A stretch of DNA of 62,489 nucleotides, counting the filler, from Choristocarpus tenellus KU-1152 (taxonomy: Eukaryota > Protista > Phaeophyceae), in the NCBI GenBank assembly GCA_964200185.2. It is 13 parts of 13 records of this genome, joined end to end, with 100 filler letters (N's around TTAATTAATTAA, not from the genome) between each part and the next. Parts side by side here need not be neighbours in the genome. Positions count along the whole stretch, not along the records: positions 38,905 to 43,956 come from CAXNAD020012035.1; positions 44,057 to 47,032 come from CAXNAD020023222.1; positions 47,133 to 50,622 come from CAXNAD020019675.1; positions 50,723 to 56,676 come from CAXNAD020009324.1; 9 more parts are not named here. One strand, given 5' to 3'. This document shows, one piece after another, positions 41,170 through 53,700 of the stretch. The notes beneath the pieces were generated by a model that saw only the letters and a program-made list of their open reading frames with translations, was not told the origin of the DNA and ran no database searches. Numbering within the stretch: position 1 is the first letter of the stretch; each line of letters begins with the position of its first letter. Position numbers and translations under genes: made by a program.

Positions 41170-43956
41170 TCAATCAAACCAACGACCTGTCTTCCCCTTT
41201 GTAGTAGACAATTCTCCCCCCTGCACTGCTGGACTCTGCTCCCTTCCTTGCTCTGCCCCCTTCCCGTTTCTCTTTCCCGGACCTCTCACACTCTGTCCTC
41301 CCCCTGCCCCAACCTCCATGGAGGTTTCCTCTCCACCTCCCATTTTGTCTCTTCCCTTAGCCTTTGACATGTAGGTTCTCTCTAGCTGCTGGTAGTTGCG
41401 TTCCTCAGCATCCATATGCTCAAACGAAGTCATCTGTATCAATTCCGGTGCAGATGGAGTAGAGTTTACGGGTTTAGGGGGGGTAACAAAGAAAATCGGT
41501 GGTTTAGATAAGCAATAGCTTCTTCAGTACATGACTTGAACGTATGGGGTTCCACATTATGTAGACTTCGGCGCAAAACACGCTTTACAGGAATACATGT
41601 ATACTTGATATGGGGTAAGCAGATAATAGGGGGACTTTGGAGTTTAGACCTTTGCAGGTTAGGATACGACTCACAAAACAAAAAAAATAATACACTAGGA
41701 TCACACAACGTACACATCATGCACACATAATTAACCAGACTAAACTGAACTAAAACCATAGTGGTGTAGGTCATGTCAAAGTTGTCTGGGTGAAGAGAGG
41801 GCATATTCCATTAATCTCATATGAAACGAGGTGAAGATGGAGGCTACAAATGTTCTGGGGGTGTATGTACCAAGTGGAGGTACAGGCAATAGCCACCTGG
41901 GCAGTTGTACAGGATCGAATAGGGTAGACCGCATTTTCTGGCTCCTCCAAATATAGTCCTTTATAGTTTCACAGTACAGCAGTAACGAGGGTAGCTCTAG
42001 CCAGTGCTTTAAATAGGGTTTTGGTTTAGTCTACAGTACTGTATGAGTAAGGAAAAATCTTTTGACAGCATATTCAGCATAAATGCATAGCGTCATACAA
42101 TTCTGCCGACTTTCCAAGACGGTGGAGAGTGGGAAATTTATAGGTTACTCAATGGACCGCCTGCAAAAATACTTCTATTCAAAACACTGGCTCTAGCACA
42201 TAAAAGTCCTAAGAGTTCAGAAAAAAATTCCAGTATCTATGAGAAATAAAAAGTAGATATTAGACATCACCCACAAAAAATAAAACAAGTACCTATCACC
42301 GTACTCCGTCCACTTTAGTAGTGCAACAGAAGCAAGACCTGGGCTGTTCTTGCCAACAACTTCCAACCTCTAATTTCTAGGGATGCAAAGAACCCCAAAT
42401 CATTCCTATTGAGATCAGGTGACTGCGCAGGCTCCATTATGAGCTTGACGTTCCACCCCCCCTCCATCCTTCTGCACCAGTCACCTCCTCACCCTCAACC
42501 ACAGCATTTTTTCTTTCAGTGCGGCGAGAAAGGTCTCCATGTACCACTCCCAGTACCACTTATCATCAATGGTCTCCATGTACCACTCCCAGTACCACTT
42601 ATCATCAATGGTCTCCATGTACCACTCCCAGTACCACTTATCATCAATGGTCACATCGAAGTCACACCGCTGCTCTCTCTCATAGTGGGCTTAATTTCTC
42701 TGCACCTGCTTGATGGCATAAACACGCCAGACACCGATCTTGCCATCAAAGTCATGGGAAGGATCTGGGCATGAAACAGCACAGATGAAGATCACCTTAG
42801 GAATGTGACTCTTGTGCTATACTTGGTGGAGTCGATCCTTTCCTCATCAGAGAACAAGCAGCATGCTCCCCGTTACGGATGAGGTAGAACCATGCTTTTT
42901 TGTTATGAATCATGTTGAGGCCGCTTCTGTAATTGATGTGGTCGCTTGGTGCTTGGTCAATAATGAAATCTACCAGGATTTTTCAATGTGTCAGCAACAG
43001 GCTCGGGTAATGCACCGTTTCACCTTCATTGTGTCCATCACGTTGGGCCATTGCTGAAGCTTTGAGCTGCCAGCAATGAGACCAACTTCGGCTAGCTCGA
43101 CAGATAGCTGATTGAAGGTCAGGGTTCGATTAGCGGCACTGACCTTTCAAATCTTCGCATGCTTTGTCGATGTCACTAGTCTGATGGCTGCCCACTCCGT
43201 GACACCGATTTCAGTCAAAGTTTGTTGCCATTGTCCAATTGTTGTTGTACGCACGTTCACATTTGTCTCGGATGTTGTTCGCCAACTCCAAACTATTCTT
43301 CCACATCTGTTCCAACGCCTTTCGGAAGCTGTTTCTTACAGGGAGGTAGCACTAAAGTGTATCATACTGCCAGTGCATTTCAACCTTCCTTGCTCAACTT
43401 GAAGTTTTTACCCTGGGCCAATGGGCTCCCAGCAAAAGACGGTGGACTCACCAGAGCAGCTGCAATGGCTACTACGGGACTCATGTCACAAATGGTTTGG
43501 AGGCTAAGTGAGAGTCATACAGCTCTTGACGAGGTGCTGAGATGTGTGACAATTGGGGGGCGTTGTACCCACCGCCAGGCACAGCGCAGCCACTGAAAAT
43601 GGGGCTGAAAAGGATCGTTTTTCGTTTCCAATTCTCGGAAGAAATACAAAACTATTTCTGAACAAAGTATGAAAACCAAAATGAAGAAACGGTCAAAAGA
43701 AAAAAGAAAAAAACGTAACGTTCCAGACTTAAGGTACCGAGGGAGTATATATATTGCAGGGCTTGACTATGACACCATTGAGGAGGACGGACAGGACGTC
43801 ACCTTCTTCTTCTTGCGTTTCTTCTTCCCTTGTCCTGCCTCACCACCCCCTCCCCCAACCCCTGCCATGATCTGGTCCACCTCAGCGTCCCCCTCCTCCC
43901 GACCACGTTTCCCCCCCCTTCCACTAACCAACCCAGCCTCTTGTCTTTTTCTACTC
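41170..43956 (-). CDS. RBM28/Nop4-like nucleolar RNA-binding protein, last exons (43803->43956 and 41170-41433)
   Basis: ...GQGKKKRKKKK|MTSFEHMDAEERNYQQLERTYMSKAK...KTGRWFD*; phase-0 gt/ag junction; C-terminal helix and terminal (K/R)WFD recall RBM28; RRMs not visible in this contig. Confidence 0.6.
42350..43745 (-). mobile_element. Degenerate plant-type mariner (DD39D-like) transposase relic inside the RBM28-like intron
   Basis: WFYL..., QHKSHIPKVIFICAVSCPDPSHDFDGKIGVWRV, LVQKDG; mariner/Stowaway-type end CCGAGGGAG-TA at ~43737-43747. Confidence 0.8.
42532..42651. repeat. 39-bp perfect tandem triplication
   Basis: ggtctccatgtaccactcccagtaccacttatcatcaat x3. Confidence 0.95.
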
Positions 43957-44128
43957 NNNNNNNNNNNNNNNNNNNNNNNNNNNNNNNNNNNNNNNNNNNN
44001 TTAATTAATTAANNNNNNNNNNNNNNNNNNNNNNNNNNNNNNNNNNNNNNNNNNNNTACATCAAAATCACAACATTGGATTCTGGCCCCCAAATGGACGC
44101 GGCACTACCCTCTAAGATACTTTGACTC

Positions 44129-46500
44129 TTACAACCTGCACGAACGATGATGTCCATCGTTAGTTGGCAAATAGTACTCTGCTTACTTACGCATTGTTTA
44201 CTTGGAGCTAAAAAGAGGGGTAATGAAATGTGTTTTTGCGATGTAGAGCACATACACCCGACTGGCTGATATAGATGTCTGTCAGTTTCCCTCATCCTTA
44301 GCTCTTACGCTCCTCTCACCATTCCGAAGCTGAGGCGTACGAGAGCAGGGGAGCACAGCGCATCATCAGTTAATCGACTGTTCACCAGGCCTGCGGTATC
44401 TGTAGGCAAATCGTGCAAGGATGTACTTGTCCTCGGGTATCTAACCTGCAGCGGGTCCCCTCACTATGACGGTAAATCAAGTGGTGCGTGCGCAACCAGC
44501 ATCTATTCGGTTGTGTGATTGTTGAGCCACAACCCACAATACGTACCTCCTCCAAGATTGAGGAGTGAAGAACACCTCCGCGAACTGGCCTTCGACGTTT
44601 GCGGCCATGATCTTCTGGCGCTCGGAGTAGCCCCTGATATCAAGGGCATGAACCAAAGAAACGTGTAAAGAAAGGTATTACGGTGCGTCATCATCATGAT
44701 GAACGGAATAGGTAGTGGAATTTTGTGGGTCTGTTTTGGCGGTTATTTCTTGGGACTTTGCACTCATTCGTTGAATAAAACAGGGTGGTCTATTCTGTTC
44801 TGCGTGCGGCTGCAAACTTGTTGACAATGGACTATGCGTGCGTGTGGTTACCTGTCACCGCTGTGGGTAAGTGGGTAAAGTGCTGGGAGGGCGTGGGATG
44901 TCTGGTTCGCCGCGTCTACAGATATGAACACGAAGTCGAGAGGTTTGCCGTCGGCTTTGGCCCGCATGGCGCTGCTGGTGTTGTTGGCGATGATCAGCCG
45001 ATCCGCTTGGATAATCTGGCGAACGGGGGAGAGCATTATCACGTCTGTAAATCAAATAAATCTGCTTACAGGTGTAAAAAAATGGCCACTTGTTAACACG
45101 TACCAGGTACGTGACAAAAATCGAGTGTAGGTAACAATAAATGTTTGTCTTTGCTCCTTTTTGTTACTGCTGCATTCAAGGCAAAGACAGTATTATATGG
45201 ACGGGAGCAACGTACGTACGGGGCCAGAAGACCGCTACATGACCTGTCCCTCCCACAGCCCGTTGTAGATGACCAGGAAACAGTCTATCATACAACGTGT
45301 TTGGGCAACTAATAACAACAGTTTTGCGCTGAGTGAGGCTGCTGCTGCTGCCATAAGCACCTGCATCGGAGTCTTCATTCGCAAAAGGCAACAGATGTTG
45401 TTCCCAATGGAGGGCAATGACAGCGACATTTTGCTACCGTACGATTGTCGCAAAATTAACTCTGGACACCTGCCTTTCGATGGTCTGACAGCTCCTTGTC
45501 GATGGACTCAAGGACGGTGGAGTCGTTCATTGGTTTTACACCAGGTGCACCGTGCCGCTTCTCTTTTAGCGTGACACATATGTCACATTTCATAAATTCA
45601 CCTCCTACTCTCACCCTGATGTTGGGTCTGTGGTCTCTGAGCAATCAGAGGAAGTGCGCCTTGCTTACCCTCTTGGAAGTGTCGTCAGGATACACCCGTA
45701 TTGCCTCTTTTCAAAAATCCTTGTATAGCTTCTAATTAATAATGTTGGTTGTGTGGGCAAGTGAGGAGTTATTGAGAAGGAACACTCGAAGAACACTACG
45801 GCATGATCTCTCGAAGGTGGGCTGACCAATAACTTGACTGACAACACGGAAGACAGGATCAAGCAAGCTTACATCGTGCGTAATGAAAGAGCAAATACAA
45901 TGATCTGATTAAATCTGCCATGAGCGTCATTCTGTTCGGGCCTCGCTGCCGTTTACAGAAACGTAAAGGAGGCGAATCTACCATCATCATCATCATCATC
46001 GCGAAGTCCTTGAGACATACGAAGTACACACTTTTACTACGAAGGTCAGACCGGGCCCGGGGCCGCAGAGTAGGTGTACACAGTGGTGAAATAACAGTTA
46101 CTGGGCCTTCCTCCGTAAAAGCGACGAAGGGTATCATCATCATCATTATAGTCTCGACATAACAAACGAAAAAAATAATACTTCGTATGAAGCTTCACAT
46201 TTTTTTTAAACCATAATCTCAGACCGGTCAAAGTAATAAACACCCACCACTCGAAATACTCCTTCGATCCACTTCTTCTACGTACTGCTGGGTCACACGG
46301 TTTGCAACTAACTCCAACGCAGGGTGTGGCCAACCTCTCCACAACCAAGGGAAAAACCTACCTCTTTGCTCGCGGTGTAGATCACAATTGCGGTCTTGTG
46401 AGGCATGAACTGCCTGTACGTATCCGCCCAGTAGTCTATCCAGGACATCACCAGGTCTCGCTTCGGAGCCATGTCCTTCTCTTTGTTCGTGCCCTTCCTG
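44129..46500 (-). pseudogene. Sola-type (DUF7869-like) transposase copy A, N-terminal exons
   Basis: Spliced exons KRDLVMSWIDYWADTYRQFMPHK, RVRVGGEFMKCDICVTLKE, FVFISVDAANQTSHALP, GYSERQKIMAANVEG; in-frame stops; collinear with 52997-55340. Confidence 0.82.
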
Positions 46501-46705
46501 GTGTAGTAGCACACGTATGTAAATATGGATGGGAGTTGTGTTGGAGGTGGATATAAGGGATGGGGGATGGAATCGTAGAGGTATCGTATGCCAGCAGTGG
46601 ATCTCTGATTCTGTAGGTAATTTACGCATGGTAACTGCAGCAGCAACGCAGGGACGGCCGGATGAGATGATATTGTCGAAGCATAAATAAACATATCACA
46701 CATGT

Positions 46706-46963
46706 GAGCCAAAGTATCTTAGAGGGTAGAGCCGTGTCCATTTGGGAGTGAAAATACAATGTTGCGATTTGATGTAATTTTGACCATTGTGTTTGTTAGG
46801 AAGTGTCAATACCTATGTGTCAGAAACACTTTTTCATAACGTATACATTTTACCTACTCCGAAACATTTTGGAGTAGGAAAATGTCATAAAAGAAGCCTT
46901 GGGAAGCTAAGTCCCAAATGAACGAACAAGGCAAAAATTGTACCCTCTAAGATACTTTCACTC
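46706..46963. mobile_element. MITE A copy, 4-bp TSD ATGT
   Basis: GAGCCAAAGTATCTTAGAGGGTA...TACCCTCTAAGATACTTTCACTC; ATGT on both flanks. Confidence 0.9.
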
Positions 46964-47193
46964 ATGTACATACACATATATGTAACACATAACTCCATGC
47001 TGGAGGGATCTCTAACTTTGTACATCAGACATNNNNNNNNNNNNNNNNNNNNNNNNNNNNNNNNNNNNNNNNNNNNTTAATTAATTAANNNNNNNNNNNN
47101 NNNNNNNNNNNNNNNNNNNNNNNNNNNNNNNNTAAAGAGGGCAAAACTTGTACCCTCTAAGATACTTTCACTCGTTGGGAACGTTTATCCCAC

Positions 47194-48719
47194 CTTTGTC
47201 CTGTACATGTGCGTGAACCCCCCGCTGTTCTTAAGGGAATCCATGGCGGCGTCCGGGTTGGCATTCCACAGCACAGTGAACATGTGAACCTCTCTGAAGT
47301 CGAATTTGTCCCGGTCAGGTGCGCGTTGGGTGAGTGGAGGATAAGGTAATATGATCAGGACAGAAGAACGTGGGAGTGGGAGCGGTTTTGTTGGTTGATG
47401 GTGTGTGTCATACGGTCGATAGCATTACACATGTGTGAAACGTCAATTCAAACTAAGAGTATTGGAAGGCAGGGGTTACAACTGTGTTGTTGGACTGTTG
47501 GTGATGGCGTATTTCATGTACTAATGTTAATACGGGTTTATCGCACTTACACTCGATCCCTCGCGCTTCTTGTGCTCTCTCCACACACCGAGAAGGATCT
47601 CCTCCAGTTCTTTTGTCTCTTCTGTTGGAGGAGATAGCGAGGGGAAGAGAGGGGTGAGGGTATGTTAGACCACCGACGCGGAATTAATATGGATATATTA
47701 GACGAAATGTACGCGGTGCTTCACAATCGTTTTACGAAACGTTTCCTATTCAAGGAGCCGTGAGAATCTCACCTTCTCCCGCGCATATGTAGACGAGGGT
47801 GGCAATCGCGTTGAAGAATTGGACGGAGGTCTGGTCTGTGAGTCTATTCATCCCGGCTTCCATATGTGTGTCCTCCCAAGCTTCTTTAAGGAATGCCTTT
47901 ATCTTGGCAGCTACCCTCCTCTTGATAGCCGTATGTAACGCGGCGTTGTCACTCCGGAAGTCTACGTCACCTAGACAGTACTGGTTGCACTTGGTGACCA
48001 ATGTCGCCATGAGCGTGCGACGATCAGAGTCCTCTTCCATTTCATTGACATAAGGGCGGGACCTGTCACAACCGAAGTCACGCCTATACTCCAGGATAAC
48101 GGCGACCCAGGACACCATCCAGTGGAATATGTCGAGAATGTTGGGCACATGCGACATACTGGCCGCCACACTCTCTCCTATCGAAATGGATTCAGCCTTT
48201 TCACGGTTGCACTGCGGATAGATCTCCCACATGAAGCTCCTGTGATCGCCTATCTGGAGGTTTGCTCCGACTTCCGAGGCCCATCGCGTTGTAACATGTG
48301 GCGAGAGGTTGATGCCTCCTGGGATATTTTCCTCGTGCGCGACGCAATGGATTGTCCTCAGCAACATTATGCGGTGTTGTCCATTCAGGCAAAATAAGAG
48401 GTTGTCATCGTCATCTGTATCCCTCTCGTTGCCATTCTCGTCTACGTCCAGGTTGCTATTGGTGATGTAGGTTGCAAGTAGTTCACCATCAGGCACACTA
48501 GAGGGCACGTTCGCCCTGCGCATGTCGGCTTTGACGTCGCTTATGGTCTTCCAATCTGTAGCACAGGGGAAAAGGCTGTCCACTCAGGATACCTGCGAGC
48601 CTATCGGCAGCGACAACTGGGTCCAGCCCTAGCTTGGCGAACATAGACCCTACTCTATCGGTGTCCAGAAGGTTGGCGTTATACTTCTGTATCATGTACA
48701 CAGACGTTGCGAGGTCCAT
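47194..48719 (-). CDS. Spliced ParB/Sulfiredoxin-fold-like (NGQHR motif) protein, possibly a pseudogene
   Basis: LLFCLNGQHRIMLL at ~48356-48400 followed by FMWEIY and a helical region; exons 47773-48555, 47551-47621 and ~47194-47310; upstream frame MDLATSV..NLLDTDRV joined via a 37-nt GT-AG segment or a frameshift. Confidence 0.6.
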
Positions 48720-49157
48720 TGTGCAGGTCGCGCTGATGTTGGACGTTACGACGATGTATGTGGTCTTTTGGTCTTCATTAGTTTTCAGGCCTCCAGCCGG
48801 CTGTCTGTGAAGGCAGAGGGGAAATCTTGGGACAACGGTATCAGCAAAGACCAACGATGTCCATGTAGGGGTGGATGCGACGGTTAGTCGAGCGCATGGA
48901 GGTGTCTTTATATGAACAGTGGTAAACCATGTGATTAATGATGACGGAATCTGCACGGAGTGCAGGGCTCATGTCCGTGCGTGGGCTATGTAAAGGAGAT
49001 ATAAAAAGAGCGTAGCGATTGCGTGGAAATGGGGACAGCGTAATGCCTTCCTGTGAGGTCGCTACTTACCAAGAAATGTGAAACTTTTAACGCGGTCGAC
49101 ATGGGATGGATATGAATATGAATAATACGTACCAATATCGGACGCAACCTGGTGGAA

Positions 49158-49800
49158 ATTTACGCGCAGATCAAGGTCAGATATATAGCGGGGGGGCAAT
49201 CATGCACAGGTTTGCGCTTGGCATAGGGCGGGCAATAGTGAGTGCATTTCATGTGTTCTGTCGAACGGTGTACACAATCAATATCCAAAGCGCGGCAATA
49301 CCGTTGGGGGGTGTGTGTGTAGATTTGAAATGGTACTCCTGAGCAGGAACGCATTACGTCGAATCTCGAAAGTGAAAGGTGAACATGAAAGAGATTTACG
49401 TGCCGACCCGGGTTAGATGTATGTAGGGCTACCACGCACAGGTCTGTGCTTGACATATGGCAGCCAGTGATGAATTTAATGTGTTCTGTCGAACGGTTAA
49501 TGCCATCAAATTCCAAAGCACAGTGAGACGGTCGAGGGTGTTTGTGTCCATTTGAAGTTGTAACAACCCGAGCAGAAAACATAACGTTGAACCGAGAAAG
49601 CGATAGATGAAGGTGAAAGGAATTTACGTGCTGACCCGGATTGGATGTCGGGAGAGCAATCATGCACAGGTTTGCGCTTGACACAAGGCTGATAATAATG
49701 AATGAATTTTATGTGTTCTGACGAACGGTAAAGGCCATCAAATTCCGTAGCGCCGCCAAAAAACGGTTTGGGGGTGTGTATGTATATTTCCGATTTGATC
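49158..49800. repeat. Three diverged ~230-bp tandem units
   Basis: atttacg..gcacaggt(t/c)tg(c/t)gcttg..atgtgttctg.cgaacggt at about 49158, 49394 and 49622. Confidence 0.85.
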
Positions 49801-50407
49801 CGTTTCGGAAATGTTCCAATAGTATCAGAGTCCTTACACGCGCGTATCGAAGGTGTTACCACGTCATCCTGGACGGACGGATGTCGTTGTGTGCGAAATT
49901 GCATCGTGGAATCTTCCTTCTATTTCGAATCAGTTGTCTGATTACTCCCATCAAAAGTGACAGCAACACATGTTCCAACTTCCAAAAAAGGTTCGGTCAA
50001 ATTCGTTGTAGTAGCCCTTTCGTCTTGGAGCCTTTGAATTTATTCTATGACTACATTTTTGATCCGAGGTGAAATTTGTAAATTGCGGATTTGGATAAGT
50101 GTTGAAAATGTGGGTTATTAATTTTTCTCAGGGTTAGGGTTGGTATCGTGGATGCTGGTCGAAATATGTTAGTGGTAGGGCCGCGTTTATTTTGTGTGAC
50201 CGAATTCGAATGTTGCTTTTTGCTGTCATTCTTCTTGCCCTCCTTTTTTGGATATGTACATAGCCAAAATCCGAACACTGCTTTCCCATAGTGTAGACAT
50301 TGTACTTCCCCAAAACAGTTTTGGAGCAAAAGTACAAAGTCCTTCAAAACCTGTGGCCAGTGAAGCCCCAAAGGACAGACAGGGAAACCTAGTGCGTTCC
50401 AACATAG

Positions 50408-50622
50408 AGCATCGAATCTAAAAATGCTGGAATCTCCACCATGGACAGGTGGTGTGCACACGGTTGGGAGCACAAATAAAGACAGGACATCGAATCTAAA
50501 AGCAAAGGTATTATCACCACCGTGGAGAGGTGGTGTGTACACGGTTGGGACCACAAATAATTACAGGGAATCGAATCTAAAAATGGTGATATATCACCCC
50601 CATGGACAGGTGGTGTGTACAC
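50408..50622. repeat. Three ~80-bp tandem units with internal palindromes
   Basis: atcgaatctaaaa...ccacc(a/g)tgga(c/g)aggtggtgtg(c/t)acac at about 50411, 50489 and 50570; cut by the gap. Confidence 0.9.
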
Positions 50623-50722
50623 NNNNNNNNNNNNNNNNNNNNNNNNNNNNNNNNNNNNNNNNNNNNTTAATTAATTAANNNNNNNNNNNNNNNNNNNNNN
50701 NNNNNNNNNNNNNNNNNNNNNN

Positions 50723-53700
50723 CACCACGGGTTCCCAGCTTACGTCTTTAACCCGCTTCTGTTTCCCACTTCGCCCGGATCTATCACCAGTGTGCATGTA
50801 GCCTTCTACAAAACTACTTTTCCCGTACTTATCAAGGGTCATAAACGCGGCGTTGTCGCGCGTGTGGTCGCTGGTCGGCCGAAGCCAGTGAAGATCCACC
50901 CCACGCTCCCCGTCCTCGCCGACGCACTCCGCTAGGATCTTGCCAACCAAGAGCGGCACCTCCGTTGCCACAAAAAAGGCAAATCTGCCTTTCTGCACGG
51001 AGACGAGGTTTCCATCGTTCGCCGATGTCAACATAGCACGAGGCCAACTCCGTCGACGGGAGTTAGCTTCTTCCTTGTCGCTGTCCGATGTGAGGAAGAG
51101 TCTGTTTCCTCGAGCCTGCCGAGATCATTGTCACCGCTGACGAGATTATCTCCTCCACCCGAGCGTTCACCCTGGTCGGTGTCTTCGACGTCGCTGGTAC
51201 CAGTTCCAGCGCCATCGTCGTCGGTGGGAAGCCAATGGACAGGGAGGTTGAACTCTCGTTCCCCTGTCTTTCTGAGAAGCCACACAGACTCGCTTTGCTC
51301 GTGTTTCGCTCTCCGAACGGCTTCATCGTCTGCGAAGGTGGAATCCATGAGCACGAGAACATCAACGGTATGGAAGCATGAATGTTACTTTGTAACCAGG
51401 CGTGAGGTTTCACGAATGCGCTTGGGGAGCATGCAGTGAGAGGGAGGGTGTATATTTAATCGGATTCGTTTCTGTTGAGTACAAGACCGGTACCCTCAAA
51501 ACATTTATCGGGGGTAATCTATAGTACGTTTTATTGTAACATGCGACGATCACAACGCAGGGGGATGGAAACATTTTCGAGATTACCTTTGTAAAGGGGA
51601 TAAAGGCTGCCTCTTATAGAAGTTGCACCAGATTTTTTTGGCTGCCACCGAATATAAAAATTAGCCATCAACTCCCCTCACAAAAAAATCGACTTACCCG
51701 GTGGGTACGCAGCAGCGAGGCGCTCGTACGACGCCTGGTACCGCTGCTCCACTTTCAGGATGACATGTTCGGGAACGCTCTTGAGCTGGTAGGGTGGTGC
51801 ATCTTGGATATGAGGTAGGTGGTCAATGAAGAGGTCGTGCGGAGGGGCGTTGGGGTCGATAGCAAGGTCTTCCCCTATCCCACTCCATTCAGTGCTATGC
51901 ATGTATCACTTAACGCTAACCTTAACCCGTCCATCACCGCCTTTTTCAACGCGAAAGCCCTGTAGCTCGTGATGTTGGGGACACAGTTGACGCGACCGCG
52001 GAGGAGTCCCTTGAAGTTGCCCTCGTTCCGTAGGGTCTTGCAGTAGACAGGAACCTCCGTGTAAGAGGCCTGCAGCTCTTCACCCAGCTGTGTTCTCATG
52101 AATATGTTCTTCCCTTTGATACCACGTGAGAACTTGAAGGCGAAATGGAAGCAAGTTAGTTTTGAGGTGGTGTCGAAAGAAACGAAGTGGAGAAGCAGGA
52201 TATATATGCAGGCACATGCTCCTCAGCATGTGTATGGAAGTATAGATATAATAAGGGGTGATGCGTACATTTTTGTATTGTTTTGTTTCTACAGTAGTTT
52301 ATGAAACATTTTTGGCAGCTGCTCTTATCGTTTAATGTTGTTGTGGGGAAATCAAAAACCAATCAATCAATTACAGCGTATGACCATAAACCATACATGG
52401 ATGCAGCAAGCGTGAGCCGCAAGCCTCAAGGTAGTATCTGTCCGTATCAAAACACTATGTGGCTATCGCACTTGCATATCTTGCCTAATTACCTGGAGAA
52501 GATCTGATCGATTTTGATGTGCGTGTGCCCCACCATCATAAAATGTATCTCGAGCACATGAATGATACTCGCCGTGACCAACAGCCCCGCATATCCGAGA
52601 AAGAAATTGTTCTTGTTCTCTGAGACGCAGTTGTCGACCTGGCCAGTTTGGGGAGTTGGGAGCGAGGGAGGGTTAGGCGTGAGGCCGATATGTCAGTCCA
52701 TTTCGTCGCGTTTCGTGGAGGGACAGGGTATGTTTCCATGACTGCTAGAGCGCAAGCTCTACATCACCGCCATCATACATGCAAGAAGCAACACACTAAC
52801 CAAAACTAAAGACCGTGCAGTTAGATTTTTGGTGACCGGTATTCAGCGAGTATGTGTTGAGTAGGTCGTGTCAAGATGAAACTTTTTTACCTGCCAATGC
52901 GCGTGCTGGATGATATACCTCCCCGTGTGATCAGGGCTCTTGTGGTACTTGTCAATAAGCCTAGTGAGGACAAGGTGGGTGGCTGTGCAGACAAGGTTAC
53001 AACCTGCGCGAACGATGATGTCCGTCGTTAGTTGGCAAATAGTACTCTCCTTACTTACACATTGTATATTTGGAGCTAAAAAGAGGGGTAATGGAATTTG
53101 TTTTTGCAATGTAGAGCACATACACCCGAACGGCTGATATACATGTCTGTGGGTTTCCCTCCTCGTTGATTAGCTCTTAGGCTCCTCTCGCCCTAACCCT
53201 AAGCTGATGCGTAGGATGGCAGGGGAGCACAGCGCATCATCAGTTAATCGACTGTTCACTAGGCCTGCGGTATCTGTAGGCACATGGTGTAGGGATGTAC
53301 TCGTCCTCGGGTATCTAATCTTAGGCAGGTCCACTCGCCACGACGGTAAATGAAGTGGTGCGTGCGCTGAAGCATCTATTCAGTCATGTGATTGTTTGCC
53401 ACAACCAACATTACGTACCTCCTCCAAGATTGATAGGAGTGAAGAACACCTCTGCGGACTGGCCTTCGATGTGTGCCGCCATGATTTTCTGGCACTCGGA
53501 GTAGCCCCTGATAAGAAGGACATGAATCAAAGAATCATGTAAAGGAAGGTTCTACGGTGCGTCGTCATCATGACGATTGGAATAGTTAGTGGAATTATGT
53601 GAGTCTGTTTTGGCGGTTATTTCTTGGGACTTTGCACTCATTCGTAGCATAAAACAGGGTCGTCTATTCTGTTCTGCGTGCGGCTGCAGAGTAAAAGTAT

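Noticed and set aside
50408-50622. CRISPR-like array
   Set aside because: Whole units repeat with no unique spacers, no cas genes, eukaryotic context.
53191-53202. Telomere-like CCCTAACCCTAA
   Set aside because: Only two units, and absent from the paralogous copy A.
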